Source: Neoechinorhynchus agilis (taxonomy: Eukaryota > Animalia > Acanthocephala). Taken from it: a stretch of DNA of 64,000 bases. The position numbers and the translations under genes are program-made. The stretch is taken from the NCBI GenBank assembly GCA_051530055.1, contig CM121341.1, positions 17,028,784 to 17,092,783 on the forward strand, read 5' to 3'. Of this stretch, positions 31,018 to 41,890 are shown piece by piece (positions within the stretch are counted from its first letter, which is position 1; each line of letters starts with the position of its first letter). The notes beneath the pieces are model-generated. The model saw only the letters and a program-made list of their open reading frames with translations, was not told the origin of the DNA and ran no database searches.

Positions 31018-31737
31018 TTCTGTGTCTTTAAGTGTAGTCTTTTCACGGCTGATAATTTTTCCTTGAGTACACAGCCCACCGATCTGGGCCAGGGAAGCGC
31101 TTAAAATCACTTAATACCCTGAACCATACGGTTATAAGTTGGTACATCCCTCTGGGTTCTCAGATACCTCCAGGAGGCGCCGTAGTTGTGCCTATCTCTC
31201 TTCATCGACCTATCTCTAGGGTCGACCTCTCGTCGTCGTCGACCGTCATCCTCCGGATCCGTCATCCAGTCCGGCCGGATCCGGCATCCAAATTCACTTC
31301 CGGATCCATCATCCACTTCAATTCCCGATCCGTCATTCATCCACTCCAAATTCCGGATCCATCATCCACTTTAAATTAAGGTGATCACGAGGACCCAGAG
31401 GTACATGGTTCATCTTCTTTATCAAAATAAGACGTGTAATTATTATGCGGTCAGGTGGACTAAAGTTCCTGATCCCAGTTTTGGTCGAAAAGTTCGAATC
31501 CGTTACCTCTGATGACGCACATCCAAATGGGACGAAATACCGATGAAGGGAGGAAACTCACTGATGAGTCCCGCCTTCCTGAGGTATATTAAGATCCGAA
31601 GGGACTTAAAACTCATAAACGTGTGCTTCAGGGTATTAAGTGATTCAAGCGCTTTCCTGATACAAGATATCGGTGGACTGTGCCCAAGGAATAATTATCA
31701 GTCGTGAAAAAAACCACACTTAAAAACACAGAATAAA
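31018..31737. repeat. ~165-bp inverted repeat with a ~390-bp spacer inside the Penelope-like remnant
   Basis: 31018-31180 aligns as the reverse complement of 31572-31737 (for example CACTTAATACCCTGAA / TTCAGGGTATTAAGTG). The spacer holds TCCGGATCCATCATCCA-type short repeats. Confidence 0.8.
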
Positions 31738-32142
31738 AGTCACCGGCTAGCCAGAGTTCAAAAAATAAAAATATATCAGTAAAAAATTCACTAGCCGCCT
31801 ACAATTCGGCGAATCCTCACGAGAACTAGACATCATGAAACGCTCTCCAACATTGTGTTTGATGTGTACTCATGGACCAGGGAAGACCGTGGACACAAAT
31901 GGCAGACAAGATTCGATTTACACTCGATGCTTCGTGGTCTACGAGATGACCATCAAACGATGTTTGGCCGATAACAATCGCACGGTCATCCATAGGCAAG
32001 CAAAAATGAGAAGCCTTTGTGTCAACGTTTGACGGAATACATTCGCTATGCAATGAATCCGGACGCAAAATCATCGCCACACCATGAGAAAAACACTACT
32101 CATAGTGCCACAGCGACTGAGAAGTAAAACTCTACAGACGAG

Positions 32143-32183
32143 TTCCTGAGGAAGCTGTAGGACGGCTAAAGCTTGAAAATAAA
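32143..32183 (+). ncRNA. Degenerate hammerhead at the 3' end of the Penelope-like element
   Basis: TTC CTGAGGA AGCTGT AGG ACGGC T AAA GC T T GAA AATAAA. Stem I is TTC/GAA and stem III is the palindrome AGCT, but core G12 is replaced by T. Confidence 0.5.
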
Positions 32184-32239
32184 GATTTTCTCTGGTCAAT
32201 TTAAAAACCAAACTTGAAAAAATTATCAGCTAATTGAAA

Positions 32240-35200
32240 TGTATATTTAGGAATCAGTAATTAAAAATCATTAATTAAAAATCACAGACTTCTTTAAAGC
32301 AATTTGAACGTAAAGAAAATCTTATGGAACCACAAAGATAACAACCCATCTAAAACGAAAAAATCGTCTTTTTCTACCATAGATGTTGTCTATCTTCAGC
32401 GCTGTTAAGCATCGGCGTCAGGTTCCTACGTTGAAACCAGCAAATATCCTAATCTCATTCTTAGTTGATCGAGCAAAACAAAAGTGAGAATGGTATGCGA
32501 TGCCAGTCTCAGAAATGCAGGAACCAATTATCAGACAAATAATTCGTCTATTTTAAATGTATATTTAAAAATCATTAATAATTTCTATGTAAAGAAAACT
32601 CCTAAGGAACCACAAAGATAACAACCCATCCAAAACGACGTGTGTATGGTATGCGATGCCAGTCTCAGAAATGTAGGAACCAATTATGAGACAAATAATT
32701 CGTCTATTTTAAATTTATATTTAAGAATCAGTAATAATTTCTATGTAAAGAAAAATCTTATGGAACCACAAAGATAACAACCCATCTAAAACGAACAAAT
32801 CGTCTTTTTCTACCATAAATTTCTACCGTTATCTATCTTCCGCGCTCTTAAGCTTCGGCGTCAGGTTCCTTCTTTGAAACCGGCAAATATCCTAATCTCA
32901 TTCTTAGTTGATCTAGGAAAATAAACGTGAGAATGATATGCGATGCCAGTCTCAGAAATCCAGGAACCAATTATGAGACAAATAATTCGACTATTTTAAA
33001 TTTATATTTAAGAATCAGTAATAATTTCTAGGTAAAGAAAAATCTTATGGAACCACAAAGATAACAACCCATCTAAAACGAACAAATCGTCTTTTTCTAC
33101 CATAAATTTCTACCGTTATCTATCTTCAGCGCTCTTAAGCCTCGGCGTCAGGTTCCTTCTTTGAAACCGGCAAATATCCTAATCTCATTCTTAGTTGATC
33201 TAGGAAAATAAACGTGAGAATGATATGCGATGCCAGTCTCAGAAATCCAGGAACCAATTATGAGACAAATAATTCGACTATTTTAAATTTATATTTAAGA
33301 ATCAGTAATAATTTCTAGGTAAAGAAAAATCTTATGGAACCACAAAGATAACAACCCATCTAAAACGAACAAATCGTCTTTTTCTACCATAAATTTCTAC
33401 CGTTATCTATCCTCAGCGCTCTTAAGCCTCGGCGTAAGGTTCCTTCTTCGAAACCGGCAAATATCCTAATCTCATTCTTAGTTGATCCAGGAAAATAAAA
33501 GTGAGAATGGTATGCGATGCCAGTCTCAGAAATGCAGGAAATATTTATCAGACTAATAATTCGTCTATTTTAAATGTATATTTAAAAATCATTAATAATT
33601 TCTAAGTAAAGAAAACTCTTAAGGGACCACAAAGATAACAATCCATCCAAAACGACGTGTGTATGGTATGCGATGCCAGTCTCAGAAATGTAGGAACCAA
33701 TTATCAGACAAATAATTCGTCTATTTTTTTTATTATATTTAAGAATCAGTAATAATTTCTAGGTAAAGAAAAATCTTATGGAACCACAAAGATAACAACC
33801 CATCTAAAACGAAAAAATCGTCTTTTTCTACCATAAATTTCTACCGTTGTCTATCTTCAGCGCTCTTAAGCCTCGGCGTCAGGTTCCTTCTTTGAAACCG
33901 GCAAATATCCTAATCTCATTCTTAGTTGATCCAGGAAAATAAACGTGAGAATGATATGCGATGCCAGTCTCAGAAATGCAGGAAATATTTATCAGACTAA
34001 TAATTCGTCTATTTTAAATGTATATTTAAAAATCACTAATAATTTCTAAGTAAAGAAAACTCTTAAGGGACCACAAAGATAACAACCCATCCAAAACGAC
34101 GTGTGTATGGTATGCGATGCCAGTCTCAGAAATGTAGGAACCAATTATCTGACAAATAATTCGTCTATTTTAAAATTATATTTAAGAATCAGTAATAATT
34201 TCTAGGTAAAGAAAAATCTTATGGAACCACAAAGATAACAACCCATCTAAAACGAAAAAATCGTCTTTTTCTACCATAAATTTCTACCGTTGTCTATCTT
34301 CGGTGCTCTTATGCCTCGGCGTAAAGTTCCTTCTTTGAAACCGGCAAATATCCTAATCTCATTCTTAGTTGATCCAGGAAAATAAAAGTGAGAATGGTAT
34401 GCGATGCCAGTCTCAGAATTGCAGGAACCAACTATCAGACAAATAATTCGTCTATTTTAAATGTATATTTAAAAATCATTAATAATTTCTATGTAAAGAA
34501 AACTCTTAAGGGACCACAAAGATAACAACCCATCCAAAACGACGTGTGTATGGTATGCGATGCCAGTCTCAGAAATGTAGGAACCAATTATCTGACAAAT
34601 AATTCGTCTATTTTAAAATTATATTTAATAATCAGTAATAATTTCTAGGTAAAGAAAAATCTTATGGAACCACAAAGATAACAACCCATCTAAAACGAAA
34701 AAATCGTCTTTTTCTACCATAAATTTCTACCGTTGTCTATCTTCAGCGCTCTTAAGCCTCGGCGTCAGGTTCCTTCTTTGAAACCGGCAAATATCCTAAT
34801 CTCATTCTTAGTTGATCCAGGAAAATAAACGTGAGAATGATATGCGATGCCTGTCTCAGAAATCCAGGAACCAATTATGAGACAAATAATTCGACTATTA
34901 AAATTTATATTTAAGAATCAGTAATAATTTCTATGTAAAGAAAAATCTTATGGAACCACAAAGATAACAACAACCCATCTAAAACGAACAAATCGTCTTT
35001 TTCTACCGTAAATTTCTACCGTTATCTATCTTCCGCGCTCTTAAGCCTCGGCGTCAGGTTCCTTCTTTGAAACCGGCAAATATCCTAATCTCATTCTTAG
35101 TTGATCCAGGAAAATAAACGTGAGAATGATATGCGATGCCAGTCTCAGAAATCCAGGAACCAATTATGAGACAAATAATTCGACTATTAAAATTTATATT

Positions 35201-35901
35201 TAAGAATCAGTAATAATTTCTATGTAAAGAAAAATCTTATGGAACCACAAAGATAACAACAACCCATCTAAAACGAACAAATCGTCTTTTTCACCGTAAA
35301 TTTCTACCGTTATCTATCTTCCGCGCTCTTAAGCCCGGCGTCAGGTTCCTTCTTTGAAACCGGCAAATATCCTAATCTCATTCTTAGTTGATCTAGGAAA
35401 ATAAACGTGAGAATGATATGCGATGCCAGTCTCAGAAATCAGGAACCAATTATGAGACAAATAATTCGACTATTAAAATTTATATTTAAGAATCAGTAAT
35501 AATTTCTATGTAAAGAAAATCTTATGGAACCACAAAGATAACAACAACCCATCTAAAACGAACAAATCGTCTTTTTCTACCGTAAATTTCTACCGTTATC
35601 TATCTTCGCGCTCTTAAGCCTCGCGTCAGGTTCCTTCTTTGAAACCGGCAAATATCCTAATCTCATTCTTAGTTGATCTAGGAAAATAAACGTGAGAATG
35701 ATATGCGATGCCAGTCTCAGAAATCCAGGAACCAATTATGAGACAAATAATTCGACTATTAAAATTTATATTTAAGAATCAGTAATAATTTCTATGTAAA
35801 GAAAAATCTTAAGGAACCACAGAGATAACAACAACCCATCTAAAACGAAAAAATCGTCTTTTTCTACCATAAATTTCTACCGTTGTCTATCTTCAGCGCT
35901 C
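32240..35901 (-). repeat. Satellite derived from the dicarboxylate-carrier 3' end (about 10 units of ~287 bp plus 4 of ~156 bp)
   Basis: The anchor CGATGCC(A/T)GTCTCAG recurs 14 times. Long units translate on the minus strand as VPGFLRLASHIILTFIFLDQLRMRLGYLPVSKKEPDAEA* followed by 3' UTR. Confidence 0.95.
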
Positions 35902-36871
35902 TTAAGCCTCGGCGTCAGGTTCCTTTGAAACCGGCAAATATCCTAATCTCATTCTTAGTTGTTCCAGGAAAATAAATGTGAGAATGGTATGCGGTGCCAG
36001 TCTCAGAAAGGCAGGAACGAACCCTTTGAAGAATCCCGCAGGTCCGGCTTTGGCAATATCTTTTACACATGAGAGTACTCCGTGTTTATAATATCCAGGT
36101 GGAGCGTTCATTAATCTCGTCTTCGTTACATCGATTGGCATCGTCATCGCAGTTGCAACTGTGCCAGCCAAGGAACTCGCTGTGAAGTGAGTCGCCAGAT
36201 TGTCATTGAAGTATCCGGAACTCAGTAAGACTTGTTTGATTTGTTCATAAAACGCGAGCTGGCCGATGTTCATTGCACCACCTCTTACGCTCGCGGTTAA
36301 TCCTCCTCCAAACATTCTTTTGACTCCTTCTTCTCTATACACTCTCAAAAGTCCGTCAAGAGCGTGCTTATATTGACGACGCTGTTCAACCGGAAGCTTT
36401 ATATCGTTCTGCATTCGAACATTTACCAGATCCGCCGGTGTCCCAACAAAACCGCCACAAAATCCAGCCGATCCAGCCAAGACTACTTTTTCGACGAAGC
36501 TCAGTTTGATTGCGCCGTTGGAATCTGGCTTCTTTGATGAACGTACGACTTCATATATTCCGAATCGAGTGGTCGAATATGTCAATTGTCGACATATAGA
36601 CGCACTTAGGCCATTGTAAAGACCCAACATCCCAGCATCTTTGAGAACTTGTTTCCCAGTGCCTATAATTTCATCGAGATTATAGTTTTTAAATGGAAAA
36701 CACACCAAATAATCCGAATTGAACCGTTTGTTGGGTTTGTAGCTGAACTTTAAGGAGATCAAGTGGATGGGTAAAGCAGACAGCCATGGAACCTGCCACC
36801 CCTCCAAAATACCATCGAGAATTCCGATTTTTGTTCACACGACCAAGGGCAATCACATTTGTAACTGACAT
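35902..36871 (-). CDS. SLC25A10: Mitochondrial dicarboxylate carrier, paralog A (2 exons, 308 aa)
   Basis: Exon 1 is 36871-36706 (SRWYFGGVAGSMAVCFTHPLDLLKVQLQTQQ), then a 43-nt GT-AG intron (36705-36663), then exon 2 at 36662-35902. RQLTYSTTRFGIYE, GTPADLVNVRMQND, YKHALDGL and T.PIDVTKTR are DIC signatures. Confidence 0.93.
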
Positions 36872-37612
36872 ATTGCAAGCTATTTTCCGACTGATTGGAC
36901 TTCGTCGTTTCTTATTTTAGTATAAAAAGAAGAGTTGAATTTCCGCTTGCGCTAAAAATAAAACACTTATAATATAATTGATTTTGGGCAAAGTTTTTAT
37001 TTTTCGATCATCACCTAAGCGTCTTACACAGACGATCTTAGCAGGAATATTTTTACGTAGATTCTCAGGCAAGCTGATTTTTGTGACATTGTCTTCTCGA
37101 TGAGTTTACCTTCTTTTCGACGAATGTCGGAAAATAATGCTTTCTTCAGCTTTTCTATAGAAAAAGTGCTACTACATGCATTTATTTCGAGATTAAAAGA
37201 AATTGTTTGAGAATAGAATACAATGAAGATAAATTATTAAAATAGCAAAGAGATTAAAATTAATCGAACATCCTATTTAATGATAGGAGCTGTGCGTTTA
37301 TGGGCATAATTTGAGCAAAATAGCGATTACTAACTGAAAGGAATAATATATATTTACAGTGTTCCAAAACTTTGGTTTTAAAGAAAAGAGTATTTAATAT
37401 GCCTGATTCTTTTTGAATACGATATTAAACGTCAGTATAAAATTTTAGACCTAAAATATTTCCCGGAAATGGACGTGAGCATGTTCGTTAATAGAATTAA
37501 TGATCAATTTTATTAGGCTATTCTATATCCTTTCAAAAGTTGAATTTCCTTTTTGATTTTTTACAAGTCCCTGGGAATTTCTTTTAGAAAAGTAGAATAT
37601 AAATTCTTTAGA

Positions 37613-38060
37613 TAATTTTGGTGAACATACTCCCGGTCATAACCTATTTGATTTTAATTTATTGGAAATATTTCGAGAGGTAACATCGCCTCATTAGTCA
37701 TCTAAAAATGAGTTTTACACATTAAGGTTTTAAGCTCGAGTGCGCGGGATCCTCAAACCTGAAGTTCGGGGACCAATTATCCGCTCGAACCCCCTGCGCT
37801 GTACTACGTTTTTTCCATGATTTTATTATTGATTTTTAACACGTCACTGGCTGAAGGTTTCAATTTAAAATTAGCTTTATTTCCTTTCACTGTGTTGGAC
37901 GTAGCGATGTGTAAAGCCTCCAAAACAAGCCGCCTTTTTAAGATTTGTTATGTGTAAAACTCATTTTTAGATGACTGATGAGGCGAGGTTACCTCGCGAA
38001 ATATTTCCAATAAATCAAAATTAAATAGGTTGCGACCGGGATTATGTTTACCAAAATTAC
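37613..38060. mobile_element. Foldback-like element: ~110-bp hammerhead-bearing inverted repeats enclosing one diverged 189-bp monomer
   Basis: 37613-37721 versus the reverse complement of 37951-38060 (5 mismatches over the inner 81 bp). The interior (37745-37915) retains GCGGGATC, CCGCTCG.ACC, TTTTTAACACGTC..TGG and TGTTGGACG.AGCGATGTGTAAA of the 189-bp unit. Confidence 0.82.
37971..38014 (+). ncRNA. Minimal type I hammerhead ribozyme motif
   Basis: ATGA CTGATGA G GCGAGG TTA CCTCGC GAAA TA T T TCC AATAAA. The core is intact, stem II is a perfect 6 bp, stem III is ATAT, and stem I is only 2 bp. Confidence 0.6.
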
Positions 38061-38906
38061 ACTTTGACTTATCCGAAGGATTTTCTACCGATGATAATTT
38101 ATTTTCGTTCTACAAATCCAAAACGCGTAGTTTGCATACTCTAAGAAAAACTTTTATCAACAATTTGTACTCGGGTAGATAATCACAATAAAAATAAGTC
38201 TTCGATGAAATCGTGTTGAAGAAAGCGAGGTTTTATTTTTGAGGAATGTGAGTGAGCATTTTGTCAAGATTGAAAAATATAAAAGTACTTGTTTAATCGA
38301 TTTTATTCCTTGAATGTTTGCAAAGTGTAAATTTACACAAAGTTAATGCTAAATGGCCATTTGCCGTTGCACATTATTTTGTAGTCCAAGTTAATACTCA
38401 TAAAGACTTTAAAGATTTCGCTAAGGTAAAAATTTCTATTTTGCCTTGTTTAAATGATAGATATTTTAATTGAAAGTCTAAAATATTTGTATTTTAAGTT
38501 TTAACATGGATGTTCGTTTCAAGTGACTTACCAAAAAAGTATTTGAAAAGTTGCGTAGATTTAAGACGCTTTTTCAGCGCGTTTTTCCCTGTTTTGCTGA
38601 TTCACCAACTATACAAGTATTGCGTTTTTCCTTAGGGTTGACATTTTTAAGTCTAACACCGTTACGCGTAGTAATGGCAAACATTCTTGTCTTTTATATC
38701 ATTAAATAACAGTAGGTCAAAACGGTATTTAATTAACTATTAAGACGGATAAGTCGTTTAAAACTTTTTGGGTCTAGAATTTAAGTATGGATTTTATTTC
38801 GCCTTTTTGAAGGAAATCTTGATGTCTGAAAAGTTAGTCTATACGAAGTTTTACTTTAAATCATCTTCGCTAACACACAAAAATCTATATAACTACATTA
38901 ATACAC

Positions 38907-39297
38907 TCACTGAAAGTGGACGCAAATCGTGCCACCGTTATGTATTCCCAATCGCTCAAATGTTTCGTTCGAATAATCGTCAATCCTCATATCACCATAA
39001 AATAACAACAAACATCGAGGCTCAACTTTAAAACGTTCGGCTAATGTTTCAAGCAAATCTTTAATCAGTGGGACGCCTTTAGTCGTTAAAACAATGGACC
39101 ACAGCTCTTCTCCACAAGCGACGCTTATAATTTGACGGCGAATATAAACTACTTCTTTAGAATCCTTATAGTTATCTTTTGCTTCAATCAAAGAATCGGG
39201 CTTATCCTTTAAGCAAAAGCTGCTTTTGCACTCGCCAATGGTGTACTTTGAAGGATGCCCGTTCTCTTCGAACGAATCCTTCGAATTTACTTTTAAT
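38907..39297 (-). CDS. Probable terminal exon encoding a ubiquitin/SUMO-like domain
   Basis: DLLETLAERFKVEPRCLLLFYGDMRIDDYSNETFERLGIHNGGTICVHFQ* has the beta-grasp pattern (helix, L.F.G, T...LGI..G..I.V). The frame is open upstream to 39314 without an ATG. Confidence 0.5.
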
Positions 39298-39600
39298 CTA
39301 ATGATATAACGATTTCAGTTCGAAGTTGCTATGGTGATTTCAGATGTGGAAATACCTTCATTCTCAAACGTAAACGTAAATGTTGATGATGGCGTTTAGT
39401 GGTAAGCAATATCGAATGTCCAATTTTTCACTTCTAGTATATCTAAATTATTTGAGATTATCAAAAGTGTCCAAACTCTTGATTGAAAATGAGGTACGCT
39501 GGAGGTAATAAGTAGTTATTGTTAAACTGTCAATTCAATAAAACAATACATTTGCCTATAATAGAATTCGCGATGATGGATCATACCTCCAGAGTTCTCA

Positions 39601-40441
39601 GAAACCGGCAAATATCCTAATCTCATTCTTAGTTGTTCCAGGAAAATAAACGCGAGAATGGTATGTTATGCCAGTCTCAGAAATGTAGGAACCAATTATC
39701 AGACAAATAATTCGGCTATTAAAATTTATATTTAAGAATCAGTAATAATTTCTAAGTAAAGAAAAATCTTATGGAACCACAAAGATAACAAACAACCCAT
39801 CTAAAACGAACAAATCGTCTTTTTCTACCGTAAATTTCTACCGTTATCTATCTTCAGCGCTCTTAAGCCTCGGCGTCAGGTTCCTTCTTTGAAACCGGCA
39901 AATATCCTAATCTCATTCTTAGTTGATCTAGGAAAATAAACGTGAGAATGATATGCGATGCCAGTCTCAGAAATCCAGGAACCAATTATGAGACAAATAA
40001 TTCGACTATTAAAATTTATATTTAAGAATCAGTAATAATTTCTATGTAAAGAAAAATCTTATGGAACCACAAAGATAACAAACAACCCATCTAAAACGAA
40101 CAAATCGTCTTTTTCTACCGTAAATTTCTACCGTTATCTATCTTCCGCGCTCTTAAGCCTCGGCGTCAGGTTCCTTCTTTGAAACCGGCAAATATCCTAA
40201 TCTCATTCTTAGTTGATCTAGGAAAATAAACGTGAGAATGATATGCGATGCCAGTCTCAGAAATCCAGGAACCAATTATGAGACAAATAATTCGACTATT
40301 AAAATTTATATTTAAGAATCAGTAATAATTTCTATGTAAAGAAAAATCTTAAGGAACCACAGAGATAACAACAACCCATCTAAAACGAAAAAATCGTCTT
40401 TTTCTACCATAAATTTCTACCGTTGTCTATCTTCAGCGCTC
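39601..40441 (-). repeat. Second array (about 3 units) of the carrier-derived ~287-bp repeat
   Basis: Same unit as 32240-35901, directly downstream of paralog B. Confidence 0.95.
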
Positions 40442-41386
40442 TTAAGCCTCGGCGTCAGGTTCCTTTGAAACCGGCAAATATCCTAATCTCATTCTTAGTT
40501 GTTCCAGGAAAATAAATGTGAGAATGGTATGCGGTGCCAGTCTCAGAAAGGCAGGAACGAACCCTTTGAAGAATCCCGCAGGTCCGGCTTTGGCAATATC
40601 TTTTACACATGAGAGTACTCCGTGTTTATAATATCCAGGTGGAGCGTTCATTAATCTCGTCTTCGTTACATCGATTGGCATCGTCATCGCAGTTGCAACT
40701 GTGCCAGCCAAGGAACTCGCTGTGAAGTGAGTCGCCAGATTGTCATTGAAGTATCCGGAACTCAGTAAGACTTGTTTGATTTGTTCATAAAACGCGAGCT
40801 GGCCGATGTTCATTGCACCACCTCTTACGCTCGCGGTTAATCCTCCTCCAAACATTCTTTTGACTCCTTCTTCTCTATACACTCTCAAAAGTCCGTCAAG
40901 AGCGTGCTTATATTGACGACGCTGTTCAACCGGAAGCTTTATATCGTTCTGCATTCGAACGTTTACCAGATCCGCCGGTGTCCCAACGAATCCGCCACAA
41001 AATCCAGCCGATCCAGCCAAGACTACTTTTTCTGCAAAACTAAGAGCCATTAATTTTCCTCCTTCTGACTTTTTGGTTGCTCTTCCGACTTCATATATTC
41101 CGAATCTAGTCGTTGTGTAGGTCATTTGACGAAGAATCGCGGCGCTCAGACCTCTATAGATAGCCAAAGGACCGCCATCATGGACAAGTTTCTTGAACAT
41201 TCCAAACAAACCGAATTCAGCCTTTTGTTGGGTTTGGAGCTGGACTTTGAGAGTATCTAGCGGATGAGTGATGCATACTGCCATGCAACCGGCGGTTCCA
41301 CCAAAGTACCAACGAGATACTCGCTTCTTTTTAGGATCATCGATAACTGTTGAACTATCGGTAACTTGGACAGTATTAGTAGCCAT
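40442..41386 (-). CDS. SLC25A10: Mitochondrial dicarboxylate carrier, paralog B (intronless, 314 aa)
   Basis: Continuous ORF with SRWYFGGTAGCMAVCITHPLDTLKVQLQTQQ and RQMTYTTTRFGIYE. The C-terminal two thirds are identical in protein to paralog A. Confidence 0.95.
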   Translation of the reverse strand: MATNTVQVTDSSTVIDDPKKKRVSRWYFGGTAGCMAVCITHPLDTLKVQLQTQQKAEFGLFGMFKKLVHDGGPLAIYRGLSAAILRQMTYTTTRFGIYEVGRATKKSEGGKLMALSFAEKVVLAGSAGFCGGFVGTPADLVNVRMQNDIKLPVEQRRQYKHALDGLLRVYREEGVKRMFGGGLTASVRGGAMNIGQLAFYEQIKQVLLSSGYFNDNLATHFTASSLAGTVATAMTMPIDVTKTRLMNAPPGYYKHGVLSCVKDIAKAGPAGFFKGFVPAFLRLAPHTILTFIFLEQLRMRLGYLPVSKEPDAEA

Positions 41387-41719
41387 TTGTACTTATCTAG
41401 AATTCTTGAAGCAGTTTAAAAACGATACTGAATTGCTTTAATGTTGCAAACATAGAGAAGCAGTTCCATACTCAGTGCTGCGCCGAAGTATGATGTCTTC
41501 ATGCAGACATGAAACGTCGAGAATTTTTTGTCACTACGAGGTGTGCCTTACGGGAAGATTTATACATTAGTGCTCCTCATGTGGAACAATTGAACATTGG
41601 CATATGCGTGGCACACAGTTGAGCTACAAAATTGAAAAAACCCATTATGGATGGTATATTGCTGTATCTTGAAATGGTTATTACCGGTCCTTTTTAAATG
41701 GCGGAAAATTAAAAGAATT

Positions 41720-41890
41720 TTATTAATTTCGATATTTCGGATCAAGGTTGCTTGTGACACGAGTTCACATATTTTAAAAATTAATAAGAACCGTGATAAA
41801 CGCGTACAAGACTGTGCCGAAATATTGGAACCAATCAATTCTTTTAAATTTTCTGCCATAAACAAGCATGGGCAATTCAATCTTCAAATA
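41720..41890. mobile_element. Decayed inverted pair of the second hammerhead-like family
   Basis: The left arm TTATTAATTTCGATATTTCGG|ATCAAGGTTGCT equals the 57590 arm with stem II deleted. The right arm is CCGTGATAAA...TGTGCCGAAATATTGG, followed by the GCAATTCAATCTTCAAA tail shared with 56220 and 57740. Confidence 0.55.

Larger units (their letters stand above)
30057..32185 (+). mobile_element. Penelope-like element remnant (RT and GIY-YIG endonuclease fragments)
   Basis: MGNS...LA.IFLDDLE...YLHYVDDV...LNSMDP...LP.L...WFRKP (30572-30871). CLMC..VVYEMT..C...IG...QRLTEY (31835-32060, frameshifted). It ends in a hammerhead-like motif and AATAAA (32178-32183). Confidence 0.75.

Noticed and set aside
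31505-31610. GGGACGAAA...CTGATGAGTCCC as a type II hammerhead
   Set aside because: Stem II could pair, but the 23 nt between contain no stem III with a UH site. The downstream GGGAC is followed by TTAAA instead of GAAA.
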